Source of the DNA: Betaproteobacteria bacterium
GTDB taxonomy: Bacteria > Pseudomonadota > Gammaproteobacteria > Burkholderiales > Eutrophovitaceae
Reading direction: 5' to 3'
Length of the DNA stretch: 64,000 nt
Assembly (NCBI GenBank): GCA_020346185.1
Contig: CP070775.1
Coordinates: forward strand, 725,398-789,397
Made by a program: the position numbers and the translations under genes. Shown here in pieces: positions 1 to 9,296 of this stretch. Numbering within the stretch: the stretch's first letter is position 1; each line of letters opens with the position of its first letter. Under the pieces are notes generated by a model. That model worked only from the letters and a program-made list of their open reading frames with translations, ran no database searches and was not told the DNA's origin.

Positions 1-556
1 GCTCGCGCACGCACAGTTTGCACGGGAAATGCTGGCCGACAGTGTTGCCGTTGACGTCCATCTGTTCATGCTCGATCGCTTGCGTGGATACCTGCGAGAG
101 CATGGTTTCTCGGCCGACGAGATTGAAGCGGTGCTTTGCCAATCGCCGAGGCGGATCGACCTGGTGATGCCGCGAATTGCTGCGGTCAGGGAATTCCGCC
201 AGCTTCCCGAAGCCGAGAGCCTCTCCGCCGCAAACAAGCGCATCCGCAATATTCTCAAGAAGACGCAAGACGTAGGCACCGCGCCGGAGCTGGCTTTGTT
301 GCAAGAGCCTGCCGAGAAGAATCTGTTCGGCACAGTCAACAAGCTTTTGCCGCAGGTGACATCACTGGTAGAGGCCGAGGACTATGCGGATGCGCTGAAA
401 CTCCTCGCCGGCGTTCGCAGCCAGGTGGACACTTTCTTTGACGAAGTCATGGTGATGACCGAAGAGCCGATGACCCGCAACAACCGGCTGGCACTGCTGG
501 CACGACTCGAGCAGATGATGAATCGGGTGGCCGACATCTCCAAGCTCGCGGGGTGA
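1..556 (+). CDS. glyS: Glycyl-tRNA synthetase beta subunit, C-terminal part (5' end lies outside the window)
   Basis: The frame of ORF 29..556 stays open back to base 1. The C-terminal sequence (RLRGYLREHGFSADEIEAV...ANKRIRNILKK...NRLALLARL) is typical of GlyS. The downstream gmhB-plsC neighbourhood is the usual one. Confidence 0.9.
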   Translation, partial: LAHAQFAREMLADSVAVDVHLFMLDRLRGYLREHGFSADEIEAVLCQSPRRIDLVMPRIAAVREFRQLPEAESLSAANKRIRNILKKTQDVGTAPELALLQEPAEKNLFGTVNKLLPQVTSLVEAEDYADALKLLAGVRSQVDTFFDEVMVMTEEPMTRNNRLALLARLEQMMNRVADISKLAG

Positions 557-606
557 ACGCGCGCAGCAGTGGATGCGACGTGCTCGCCCATTGCCGAAAG
601 GAACCA

Positions 607-789
607 CTTTCACCGCAGAGATCGCCGAGGGCGCAGAGAAAATCGTCATTAATAAAGCTGGAGTGCGGCATAATCGGATCGCCTGTAGCCTCGCTCGCCC
701 ATGAGGTCACCTTTAGTCTTCAAGGTTGCATTACCTTTCTTTCAGGTTTTGTTTTCCTCTGCTTCCTCGGCGATCTCTGCGGTACGAGC
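607..789. repeat. Inverted pair of GAGG/CGCAGAG-rich REP-like units (family 1) flanking about 105 bp
   Basis: 607-645 reads ctttcaccgcagagatcgccgagggcgcagagaaaatc. The reverse complement of 751-789 reads accgcagagatcgccgaggaagcagaggaaaac. The two are near-identical arms in opposite orientation. Confidence 0.75.
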
Positions 790-879
790 TTTTCACCTAC
801 TTCGAGCGACCACCCGGCTTTGACTGTTACCACGTTCGCGATTAATGTTTAGCGAATAGCTGACGGAATTGCACGCAAC

Positions 880-1419
880 ATGAAACTGGTCATTCTCGAC
901 CGTGACGGCGTCATCAACGTCGACAGCGATAAATTCATCAAGAGTCCCGCTGAATGGCGGCCTATTCCAGGGAGCCTGGAGGCAATCGCAAGACTCAATC
1001 ACATGGGTTATCGCGTCGTAATTGCCTCCAACCAGTCAGGCATCGGACGTGGCCTGTTCGATATGGATGCGCTCAATGCGATCAACGACAAGATGTACCG
1101 GGCGCTGTCGCACGTCGGCGGCCGGGTGGACGCCCTGTTTTATTGTCCGCATGCTGCCGAGTCCAACTGCGATTGCCGCAAGCCGAAATCCGGAATGCTC
1201 GCCGATATCGGCCAGCGCTTTAACGTCGACCTGGCGGACGTGCCGGCAGTTGGCGACTCGTTGCGTGATCTACAAGCAGCGCACGCCGTTGGAGCGCAGC
1301 CGATGCTGGTATTGACCGGCAAAGGCAAGCGGACGCAAGCCGCCGGCGACTTGCCGGAGAATACGCTGGTATTTTCCGATCTGGCCGAGGCAGTACGCCA
1401 TATCATTGCCGGATCATGA
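880..1419 (+). CDS. gmhB: D-glycero-beta-D-manno-heptose-1,7-bisphosphate 7-phosphatase (HAD superfamily)
   Basis: HAD motif I DRDGVIN, ASNQSGIGRG, the CxH...CDCRKP zinc motif and GDSLRDLQAA; 179 aa. Confidence 0.85.
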   Translation: MKLVILDRDGVINVDSDKFIKSPAEWRPIPGSLEAIARLNHMGYRVVIASNQSGIGRGLFDMDALNAINDKMYRALSHVGGRVDALFYCPHAAESNCDCRKPKSGMLADIGQRFNVDLADVPAVGDSLRDLQAAHAVGAQPMLVLTGKGKRTQAAGDLPENTLVFSDLAEAVRHIIAGS

Positions 1420-2141
1420 TGGCGGTTCGTCTGCGCTCTCTGGCCTTCGAATGCGTACGATTCCCTCTGACCATCGCCTTTTCGTTTATCGCGTTATGGA
1501 CCTTCCCGTTCGGTCCGCGCACGCGCTACCAGATCATCACGACCTGGTCGAAGCTGATCATCATACTGGTGCGCGTCATTTGCGGCATGCGCTATCGGGT
1601 CATCGGCCGCGAAAACATTCCACAGGAGGCGTCCATCGTTTTATCCAAGCATCAGTCTGCGTGGGAGACGATCGCGTTCCAGCAAATATTTCCACCTCAG
1701 GTTTGGGTACTGAAGAAGATACTGCTGAAAATTCCATTCTTCGGTTGGGGACTGGCGATGATGAATCCTATCGCCATCGATCGCGGCGCCGGCGTGCGCG
1801 CGCTGCGCCAGACTCTCGAGCAGGGCAGCAAGCGCATACTGGACGGGTGGTGGATCGTCATCTTCCCCGAAGGCACACGCATGGCGCCGGGAAAACGCGG
1901 ACGTTACCATGTCGGCGGTGCCTGGCTCGCGGCACAGCTCGGCGCCAAGGTCGTGCCGATAGCGCACAACGCCGGAACTGTCTGGGCTCGCAAGGCATTC
2001 CTCAAGTATCCCGGCACAATTACGGTGAGCATCGGGCCGGCGATAGACGCAACCGGGCGCAAACCGGAAGAGCTGATGAAAGGAGTGGAAGATTGGATCG
2101 AGCAAGAGGTCGAGCGTATCGGCAGCGCGCGCCACTCGTAG
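1416..2141 (+). CDS. plsC: 1-acyl-sn-glycerol-3-phosphate acyltransferase
   Basis: Acyltransferase motifs (SKHQSAWET as the HX4D-type block, FPEGTR). N-terminal hydrophobic segment. 4-nt ATGA overlap with the gmhB stop. Confidence 0.85.
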   Translation: MMAVRLRSLAFECVRFPLTIAFSFIALWTFPFGPRTRYQIITTWSKLIIILVRVICGMRYRVIGRENIPQEASIVLSKHQSAWETIAFQQIFPPQVWVLKKILLKIPFFGWGLAMMNPIAIDRGAGVRALRQTLEQGSKRILDGWWIVIFPEGTRMAPGKRGRYHVGGAWLAAQLGAKVVPIAHNAGTVWARKAFLKYPGTITVSIGPAIDATGRKPEELMKGVEDWIEQEVERIGSARHS

Positions 2142-2881
2142 CCGACCTGTTTCCGGTCGATACCGTCGAGCAACCACTACGCACGGTTCTCGGCGATCGC
2201 GATATCACCTTCGTACTCAAGCGCACACGTCGCCGGCGCACAATTGCGTTCAGTGTAGATGGCAACGGACTGGTCGTTTTCGCGCCATGGCACGTGCCCG
2301 AATCACGAATCAAATGCTCGATGCGGGAAGCAACAGACTGGATCCTCAAGAAGCTGGAAGAATGGTCCGATCACGCACCACGACAGCAATGCTGGGCAGA
2401 TGGAGAGCAGATCGCTTTTCTTGGCCGCAGCCTGAGGCTGAAGATTGTCGCCGACGCCATACTCGTGCCGGCAGTGCTGCTCGAGCCGTACCGCCTGCAA
2501 GTGACTGTCGCCGACCCGGGCAGTGAAGCGAAGATTCGAGAAGCCGCAATCCAATGGTATCGCCGCCATGCGGCTCGCAACTTCAGCGAACGAATCGCGC
2601 ATTATGCTTCGGCAATGCAGCTGCCGGTCCCGGACATGTATCTGTCGAATGCAGGCACCCAATGGGGCAGTTGTAATGCCAAAGGACAAATCAGGTTGAA
2701 CTGGCGACTGGTTCAGGCGCCCCAGGAAATCGTCGATTATGTTGTCGTTCACGAACTGGCTCATTTGACCGAAATGAACCACTCGAAACGCTTCTGGACG
2801 ATTGTCCAGCGCCATTTTCCCGGCCACCTGGATGCGCGAAGGCATCTCAACGAGCATGGCCACTGGTATCTCGACATCTGA
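2093..2881 (+). CDS. YgjP-like metal-dependent hydrolase (DUF45/M48 superfamily)
   Basis: C-terminal HELAHLTEMNHSKRFW motif and an N-terminal FVLKRTRRRRTIAFSV block typical of the family. There is no in-frame ATG. I propose the TTG at 2093 because AAGGAG lies 8 nt upstream. The start is uncertain. Confidence 0.7.
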   Translation: MDRARGRAYRQRAPLVADLFPVDTVEQPLRTVLGDRDITFVLKRTRRRRTIAFSVDGNGLVVFAPWHVPESRIKCSMREATDWILKKLEEWSDHAPRQQCWADGEQIAFLGRSLRLKIVADAILVPAVLLEPYRLQVTVADPGSEAKIREAAIQWYRRHAARNFSERIAHYASAMQLPVPDMYLSNAGTQWGSCNAKGQIRLNWRLVQAPQEIVDYVVVHELAHLTEMNHSKRFWTIVQRHFPGHLDARRHLNEHGHWYLDI

Positions 2882-2935
2882 ATATTGAAAAGGCCCGTGC
2901 TACACTCGGCGACCCTGCGGTAAGCACGCTCACAA

Positions 2936-3100
2936 ATGCGTTACACAACTCTGATCCTGGCTCTGACCCTGATCACTGGCTGTGGCTCGAAAGGACCACT
3001 CTACCTGCCCGAAAAGGCACCGACACAGACGCGATCGGCTGAGGATGCCGGTGTTCAAGACACGTCCACGCGCGAAGAAGAGGAAGACAGCACGCCGTGA
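2936..3100 (+). CDS. lptM: Small lipoprotein, LptM (YifL)-like; 54 aa, absent from the ORF track
   Basis: Hand translation gives MRYTTLILALTLITGCGSKGPLYLPEKAP...EEEEDSTP. It has a lipobox LITGC followed by the GxKGPLYLP signature. Its stop overlaps the lysA GTG start (GTGA). The position upstream of lysA is conserved in proteobacteria. Confidence 0.7.
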   Translation: MRYTTLILALTLITGCGSKGPLYLPEKAPTQTRSAEDAGVQDTSTREEEEDSTP

Positions 3101-4341
3101 ATTTCTTCGCTGATCGCGATAAAGAGCTGCACGTCGAGGATGTGCCGCTAAGCCGCATCGCCAATCAGTTCGGCACGCCCTGCTTCGTGTATTCGCGTGC
3201 CGCGCTGACTTCCACATTTCTTGCCTACCAGGAAGAATTTGGCGCCTGCCCGCACCTGATCTGTTATGCGGCAAAGGCCAATTCGAATCTTGCGGTACTC
3301 GACATCCTGGCGCGACTGGGCAGTGGCTTCGATATCGTTTCCGGAGGCGAACTCAAGCGTGTACTGGCGGCGGGCGGCGACCCGCGCAAAGTTGTTTTTT
3401 CGGGTGTTGGAAAGAGCGAGGCGGAGCTGCGCGACGCGATTGCGTCGAACATATTATGTTTCAATGTCGAATCCGAATCGGAAATGCAACGCCTGGCGCG
3501 TATTGCGCATGACGCTGGCCGTGTCGCACCGGTCAGCGTACGCGTCAATCCTGACGTCGACGCACGGACTCATCCTTACATTTCAACCGGACTGCGCCGA
3601 AATAAGTTCGGGGTCGACGTGAAGGATGCGCTACGCCTGTACCAGTACGCCGATGCAAACTCCAATCTGCACGTGACCGGTATCGATTGTCATATCGGAT
3701 CTCAGCTTACCGACCTGGCGCCGATGGAGGATGCAGCGCGCAAGGTCGTCGCGTTGGTCGATCAACTCGCCACCAATGGGATTGCTATCGAGCACGTCGA
3801 TTTCGGCGGCGGATTGGGAATCCGCTATGCCGACGAAATGCCACCCCCCCAGACACAGCTCGTGCGAATGCTGCTGGCCTGCGTGGGTTCACGGCAGGTC
3901 AAGATCATGATCGAACCCGGCCGTTCCCTGGCAGGCAATGCCGGTGTTTTGCTGACGCGGGTCGAGTACCTGAAGCATGGCCGGGAAAAGAACTTTGCGG
4001 TGATCGACGCCGCAATGAATGACTTGATGCGGCCCGCACTGTACGATGCACATCATGAAATACGCCCGGTGCGCGCTGGCGCCAAACCGGCCAGCGTATA
4101 CGATGTGGTGGGACCGGTGTGCGAAACCGGCGATTTCCTCGGCAAGGACCGGGCGCTTGCGATAGATGAAGGTGATCTGCTGGCGGTGATGTCTGCCGGC
4201 GCCTACGCGATGAGCATGAGCTCGAATTACAATACACGTCCACGTGCAGCAGAAATCATGGTCGATGGAAGCACTGCTCATCTTGTTCGTGAACGCGAGC
4301 GCATCGAAGATCTGTACGCAAAGGAATCAAGGTTGCCCTGA
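3097..4341 (+). CDS. lysA: Diaminopimelate decarboxylase
   Basis: Full-length similarity to LysA: the PLP region YAAKANSN, and the GGGLGIRY, EPGRSLAGNAG and CETGD motifs. Confidence 0.95.
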   Translation: MNFFADRDKELHVEDVPLSRIANQFGTPCFVYSRAALTSTFLAYQEEFGACPHLICYAAKANSNLAVLDILARLGSGFDIVSGGELKRVLAAGGDPRKVVFSGVGKSEAELRDAIASNILCFNVESESEMQRLARIAHDAGRVAPVSVRVNPDVDARTHPYISTGLRRNKFGVDVKDALRLYQYADANSNLHVTGIDCHIGSQLTDLAPMEDAARKVVALVDQLATNGIAIEHVDFGGGLGIRYADEMPPPQTQLVRMLLACVGSRQVKIMIEPGRSLAGNAGVLLTRVEYLKHGREKNFAVIDAAMNDLMRPALYDAHHEIRPVRAGAKPASVYDVVGPVCETGDFLGKDRALAIDEGDLLAVMSAGAYAMSMSSNYNTRPRAAEIMVDGSTAHLVRERERIEDLYAKESRLP

Positions 4342-4472
4342 GACAGATGTACGCGGAACTTACATTCTGGCGGTTTAGTCTCATTGTCAGGCACAGAATC
4401 CGCTACACTGTCTTGAGGTGACCTCGATTCGTTTATGATTCGCCGATTCAGTCGACATACGGGATTTCACTG

Positions 4473-4916
4473 ATGATTGTTTACGACCTTGCATGTGACC
4501 AGGCGCACCACTTTGAAGGGTGGTTCTCCTCGGCAGAGGACTTCGATGCGCAGGTAGAGGCGGAACAAGTTTCCTGTCCCGTGTGTGGCTCCGTCAACAT
4601 ATCGCGTCAACTGTCTGCGCCTTACGTTAACACCGGCGGTTCCGTCGAAACGCAAGAGAAGCCAGATGCAGAAACGGCGCTTTCGGGGGTCGATATCGAT
4701 AGTTTGCATCGCAAGTTTGTCGAGTTCGTCCTCAAGAACAGCGAAGATGTTGGCAAGCAATTTCCGGCAGAAGCCCGTGCTATTCACTATGAGGAAAAGC
4801 CTCGGCGCTCAATCCGGGGGGAGGCGTCGCGCGACGACATCGACGCATTACGCGAGGAAGGCATCGACGTGTACTCGGTGCCGGGGCTTCCCACGCCTCC
4901 CGATCAGGTGCACTAG
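4473..4916 (+). CDS. DUF1178 family protein
   Basis: The N-terminus MIVYDLACDQAHHFEGWFSSAEDFDAQ...VSCPVCGS matches the conserved DUF1178 N-terminal zinc-ribbon-like block as I recall it. Confidence 0.65.
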   Translation: MIVYDLACDQAHHFEGWFSSAEDFDAQVEAEQVSCPVCGSVNISRQLSAPYVNTGGSVETQEKPDAETALSGVDIDSLHRKFVEFVLKNSEDVGKQFPAEARAIHYEEKPRRSIRGEASRDDIDALREEGIDVYSVPGLPTPPDQVH

Positions 4917-4946
4917 ATAGACCTGATGCAGTCAGCCTGACTGGCC

Positions 4947-5915
4947 GTGACCCGCAGCACGCCGTTTCTCGTCCTTGGAATCGGCGTCGCAATCGTCTCC
5001 ACTGCATCGATCCTGGTTCGTTACGCACAGGCTAATGAAGCATCCTCGGCCAGCATCGCCGCCGGCAGGCTGACGATCGCTGCTCTGATCATGGCACCTA
5101 TTGCTCTGTCGCGTGCTGGGCCGGAACTGCTGCGCCTGAGGCGGAAGGATCTGCTTTTGTGTGCGGCGTCAGGTCTTTTACTGGCAGCGCACTTCTGGAC
5201 TTGGATTGCCTCGCTGGAATATACCTCGGTCGCGAACAGCACCGTTCTGGTTACCACCAATCCGGTGTGGGTGGCCCTACTTTCCGCCTGGCTGCTGCGC
5301 GAGAAACCCGCATACGCGCAACTGGTCGGTGTCGCACTGACATTCGCCGGGACATTACTGATCTTCTTCGCTGAATCGTCCCATAGTGGTCAAGCCGCCT
5401 CGCCAATGCTCGGCAATTTCCTGGCGTTAATCGGTGCCCTCGCAGCGTCCGGTTACCTGCTTATCGGTCGCAATTTGCGCAGCAGCTTGTCACTGCTGTC
5501 CTATGTCTGGCTGACTTACTCTTTCGCGGCTATGGGGCTGATCGTCGCCGCGCTCGCGGGCGGCAACACGATTCAGGAGATATCTTTCAACGCTTGGTTG
5601 ATGATAGCCGCGTTGGCGGTCGGGCCGCAGCTACTCGGACACACTGCTTTCAATTGGGCATTACGCCGAGTTACGGCCACGTTTGTTGCAGTAACTATTC
5701 TTGGCGAACCGATTGGCTCGGCACTGCTCGCCTGGTGGTTACTGGACGAAGGTTTTGTCCCCTTGCAGCTGGCCGGCTTCGTGGTGCTGCTGTGGGGCAT
5801 ACTGGTAGCGGCAAAGGCGGAGCGCATCGGAATAAGCAAAACTCTCACCGCAGAGCACACGGAGGACGCAGCACGAAACGCCGAAAACCAAAACACTCAC
5901 CGCGGAGGACGCTAA
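4947..5915 (+). CDS. EamA/DMT-family transporter
   Basis: About ten hydrophobic segments in a duplicated EamA-like layout. GTG start. The last ~25 codons are encoded by family-1 repeat units, so the true C-terminus is uncertain. Confidence 0.75.
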   Translation: MTRSTPFLVLGIGVAIVSTASILVRYAQANEASSASIAAGRLTIAALIMAPIALSRAGPELLRLRRKDLLLCAASGLLLAAHFWTWIASLEYTSVANSTVLVTTNPVWVALLSAWLLREKPAYAQLVGVALTFAGTLLIFFAESSHSGQAASPMLGNFLALIGALAASGYLLIGRNLRSSLSLLSYVWLTYSFAAMGLIVAALAGGNTIQEISFNAWLMIAALAVGPQLLGHTAFNWALRRVTATFVAVTILGEPIGSALLAWWLLDEGFVPLQLAGFVVLLWGILVAAKAERIGISKTLTAEHTEDAARNAENQNTHRGGR

Positions 5916-6200
5916 GGAAAGGCAAAGACAAAAAACTTGGCGGTCACGTAGTGCCAAAGTACACAGCACGCTCACAGGCCAATACTTCCTTGATGATGCT
6001 GGTGAAACGCAGTACACAAGCGAGACCGACCTATCCGTTGCGTGACCCCTAGCTTAAGGCGCCCCGCCCGGCCCTGGATGAACCAAACGACAAATCACAC
6101 ATTCGCGAGGAGCAAGGGCAAACGCCCCGAACCCATATTGAGTCGTTTGTTTTCCTCCGCGTCCTTAGCGTCCTCAGCGGTGAAAGGTTTTTTTCTCCAG
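5844..6200. repeat. Family-1 REP-like units: two tandem forward units (5844-5878, 5896-5935) and one inverted unit (6148-6200) flanking about 210 bp
   Basis: The forward units read ctcaccgcagagcacacggaggacgcagcacgaaa and ctcaccgcggaggacgctaaggaaagg. The reverse complement of 6148-6200 reads cctttcaccgctgaggacgctaaggacgcggaggaaaa. Confidence 0.75.
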
Positions 6201-6219
6201 AAAGCGATCAACTCCAGAT

Positions 6220-7314
6220 CTATGGGTACGGCTTATACGGCTTGTTAACGTCTTCTGCCAAGCCGCTATGGGTCACGTCTCCGGAGTGCACCTGCAAACC
6301 CATCGCCAGCCCGGGATCTTCATCAAGGGCTGCCATTCCCTTCTCCGCCAGTCTCAGCATGTAAGGGTAGGTCGCATGCGTCAAGGCCAGTGTTGCCGTG
6401 CGCGCCACTGCCGAAGGCATGTTCGGCACACAATAGTGCACCACGCCTTCCTCAATGTAGATCGGATCCGAATGCGAGGTCGGGCGGGATGTCTCGGCAA
6501 TTCCGCCCTGGTCGATGGCGACGTCCACCAAAACCGAACCGGGACGCATACGGCGCAGCAAGTCGCGCGATATTAGTTTTGGGGCCAGTTTGCCGGGAAT
6601 CAGAACACCACTCACCACGACATCGGCATTGGCAACATGCTCGGCAATGGCCATCGGCTCGGAAAAGCAGGTCTTGAGGCGACCGCGATAAATTTGATCG
6701 AGTTGTGCAAGGCGGTCTGGTTTGGTGCCCAGCACCATTACCTCGGCACCAAGGCCGACAGCGATTTGCACGGCATTGGAACCGACCTCACCGGGGCCAA
6801 TCACCACCACTTTTGCCGGTGGCACACCACCGACCCCGCTGAGCAAAACGCCGCTTCCGCCGTTGGCCATTTGCAGCGACCAAGCGGCAAACTGCATCGA
6901 CAACCGGCCAGCGACCCGTGACATCGGCGCCAGCAACGGCAGCCGCCCGTCTAGATCGACCGTTTCGTATGCGATGCCCGAAACGCCCGATTTCAGGATC
7001 GCCTCGAGCAGCTGCCGATCGGGTGCTAAATGCAAGTAAGCGAACAGGATCTGGCCGCGGCGGACCAGACGGTACTCGCTGGGTTGCAGTTCTTTCACCT
7101 TGACGACCATGCCGGTGTCGAACGCGTCTTCGGCGCTGCTCACTATCTTGGCGCCGGCTCTCACATACGCATCGTCGGTGAAGCCGGCTTTGGCACCAGC
7201 ACCGGCCTGCACCAAAACTTCGTGTCCTCGCTCAACCAATGCCTGCACGCCGGCAGGAATCAAACCAACACGGTACTCGTGGTTCTTGATCTCCTTGGGT
7301 ACACCAACTTTCAT
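6220..7314 (-). CDS. ald: Alanine dehydrogenase
   Basis: MKVGVPKEIKNHEYRVGLIPAGV N-terminus and the GxGxxG NAD fold (VVIGPGEVG). I place the start at the internal ATG 7314, not at the track start 7368. Confidence 0.9.
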   Translation of the reverse strand: MKVGVPKEIKNHEYRVGLIPAGVQALVERGHEVLVQAGAGAKAGFTDDAYVRAGAKIVSSAEDAFDTGMVVKVKELQPSEYRLVRRGQILFAYLHLAPDRQLLEAILKSGVSGIAYETVDLDGRLPLLAPMSRVAGRLSMQFAAWSLQMANGGSGVLLSGVGGVPPAKVVVIGPGEVGSNAVQIAVGLGAEVMVLGTKPDRLAQLDQIYRGRLKTCFSEPMAIAEHVANADVVVSGVLIPGKLAPKLISRDLLRRMRPGSVLVDVAIDQGGIAETSRPTSHSDPIYIEEGVVHYCVPNMPSAVARTATLALTHATYPYMLRLAEKGMAALDEDPGLAMGLQVHSGDVTHSGLAEDVNKPYKPYP

Positions 7315-7447
7315 GCAACACCGACTTTCATAAAAGACCGTCTCAGATGAAACGTCGACCGGCGCCAATCTGACCGGCGAGAAAACGTGGCTAAGCCAAC
7401 TCCGACTTTAGCGTCTGTTATCTCAGGCAGCAAGCAGCGAGCGAACG

Positions 7448-8086
7448 TCACTCGCGCTGCGCACTCGACACCAATGGCAAAGCACGCTTACGCCATCGGG
7501 TAACAAGCCGCGCGCCCAGCAACATGATCAGGATCATGGCAAATACCGCCGGTTCACGAATGTCCTTTTTGACCAACCACCAGAAATGAACAACGCCGAG
7601 TGTTGCCGTGAGATATACCAGCCGGTGCAGTAACTGCCAACGAGTCGCCCCGAGACGTCGAACCATTGCGTTGGTCGATGTGGCGGCCAGGGGCAACAAC
7701 AGCAAGAAGGCGGCAAACCCGACACTGATGTACGGTCGCTTGGCGATGTCCTTGACGATCGCTTCCCAGTCGAAAAACTGATCAACTACCAGCCACATTA
7801 GGAAATGCAGGCTCGCGTAAAAGAACGCATACAGTCCCAGCATCCGCCGCAGCCGTAACAGCCACGGCATTTCTAGGAGTCGGCGTATCGGCGTCACCGC
7901 GAGAGTGATCATCAGGAATGACAGCGCCCACCAACCTGTAGTGTGAGTGATGAACTCGATCGGGTTGGCGGTGAGGCCGCCGGTAAATCCGCGCCAGACC
8001 AGCAGCCCAAGCGGCATCAGGCACACAATAAACAGTGCCGCTTTGACGCGTGCGATGCGGGTTGCTTCGAGCCGACGCGGTAGCAT
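7448..8086 (-). CDS. msrQ: Protein-methionine-sulfoxide reductase heme-binding membrane subunit MsrQ (YedZ)
   Basis: Ferric-reductase-like six-TM protein directly downstream of msrP. I prefer the ATG at 8086 (MLPRRLEATRIARVKAALF...) over the TTG at 8149. Confidence 0.8.
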   Translation of the reverse strand: MLPRRLEATRIARVKAALFIVCLMPLGLLVWRGFTGGLTANPIEFITHTTGWWALSFLMITLAVTPIRRLLEMPWLLRLRRMLGLYAFFYASLHFLMWLVVDQFFDWEAIVKDIAKRPYISVGFAAFLLLLPLAATSTNAMVRRLGATRWQLLHRLVYLTATLGVVHFWWLVKKDIREPAVFAMILIMLLGARLVTRWRKRALPLVSSAQRE

Positions 8087-8158
8087 CAGCAACCGGCCGC
8101 AATCACGCTCGCCAACATCGACAGACAGCCATGGCTCATTCAGCTGCAAGATGGCTGG

Positions 8159-9112
8159 TCAGAAAAACTTCTTGAGATTCATGCCGGCATAAAGAGCGCC
8201 AACTTCGTCGGCGTAGCCATTGAACATCAGCGTCTGGCGCTTGAGAAACTCACCGATGCGGCGTTCCTTGGCCTGACTCCACGGATGGTCGAGCGTGGGA
8301 TTGACATTGGAATAAAAACCATACTCTGTCGGCGCCGTTTGGTTCCAGGTCGTCTTCGGCTGCTTCTCGGTCAGGCGTATGCGCACAATCGACTTGGGGC
8401 TCTTGAAGCCATACTTCCAAGGCACCACGACCCGCACAGGTGCACCATTCTGATTAGGCAAGACTTCACCATACAAGCCGAGCGTCAATAGCGTTAGCGG
8501 ATGCATCGCTTCATCCAGCCGTAATCCTTCAACATACGGCCAGTCGAGCAGGGGCACACGCTGACCCGGCATCTGCTGCGGATCATGCAAAGTAGTGAAC
8601 TGAACGAATTTCGCGTTGCCGGTCGGCTCGGTCTGCTTGATGAGGGCAGATAAGGGATAGCCAATCCAGGGCACCACCATCGACCATGCCTCGACACAGC
8701 GCAGACGATAAACCCGCTCTTCGAGCGGTGCGAGCTTTAACAACTGGTCGATGTCAAAGGTACGCTGCTTTTTGACTTCACCATCGATGGTGATCGTCCA
8801 TGGACGGGTCCTGAGCGTGTGGGCGTTGCGCGCCGGCTCGTCTTTCTCGAAGCCAAATTCATAGAAGTTGTTGTACATCGTGACGGCTTCATACGTGGTA
8901 CGCGGCTCACTCGTGGAAAACCTGCTTGTTTTGAGGGGGCCAAGTCTAGCGGCAGCGTGCACCGCTGGCGCATCGTCGAACAAACGCGCGATCGGAATCG
9001 CTGATGCGGCACCGACTGCGGCTGCCGCCGCAATCCATTTCCGACGGCCCCTGAAAATCGGCTCCGGCGTGATCTCCGATGATTGGATATCGGATTTTCT
9101 GCGAATCTTCAT
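8159..9112 (-). CDS. msrP: Protein-methionine-sulfoxide reductase catalytic subunit MsrP (YedY), molybdopterin, Tat-exported
   Basis: Near-colinear with E. coli MsrP ([27 protein letters not shown]-like, [21 protein letters not shown]). Tat-like [15 protein letters not shown]. Start placed at ATG 9112. Confidence 0.9.
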   Translation of the reverse strand: MKIRRKSDIQSSEITPEPIFRGRRKWIAAAAAVGAASAIPIARLFDDAPAVHAAARLGPLKTSRFSTSEPRTTYEAVTMYNNFYEFGFEKDEPARNAHTLRTRPWTITIDGEVKKQRTFDIDQLLKLAPLEERVYRLRCVEAWSMVVPWIGYPLSALIKQTEPTGNAKFVQFTTLHDPQQMPGQRVPLLDWPYVEGLRLDEAMHPLTLLTLGLYGEVLPNQNGAPVRVVVPWKYGFKSPKSIVRIRLTEKQPKTTWNQTAPTEYGFYSNVNPTLDHPWSQAKERRIGEFLKRQTLMFNGYADEVGALYAGMNLKKFF

Positions 9113-9296
9113 GGCATCACTTTTCAGGAAACTCTGACTGCCGGTTTCTACGGCGCGTTGTGCCCGGTGGATGCAATGAAAGCCCACCAACCGAAAAAGC
9201 GCATATTACAGCGCCTGAACATTACAGTTTCGTAATCTTGCGCCCGTCGATTGCGCGCCCCAACGTTCTCCATGCAGGCATCAACCCCGCATATAG

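Noticed and set aside
1406-2881. Single 491-aa ORF spanning the plsC region and the YgjP-like gene
   Set aside because: The first ~230 codons run out of frame across the well-supported plsC gene and encode Arg/Gly-rich nonsense. Only the C-terminal ~260 codons carry family motifs (HELAHLTEMNHSKRFW). The gene was re-annotated as 2093..2881 with a non-ATG start.
2930-3274. 114-aa minus-strand ORF overlapping lptM and the lysA start
   Set aside because: Arg-rich nonsense opposite two supported plus-strand genes.
8087-9190. Longer N-terminal extensions of msrQ (TTG 8149) and msrP (9190) given by the ORF track
   Set aside because: The extensions add non-conserved residues ahead of the positions where the E. 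coli proteins start. The internal ATGs give the expected N-termini, including the Tat motif for MsrP. The residual uncertainty is noted in the features.
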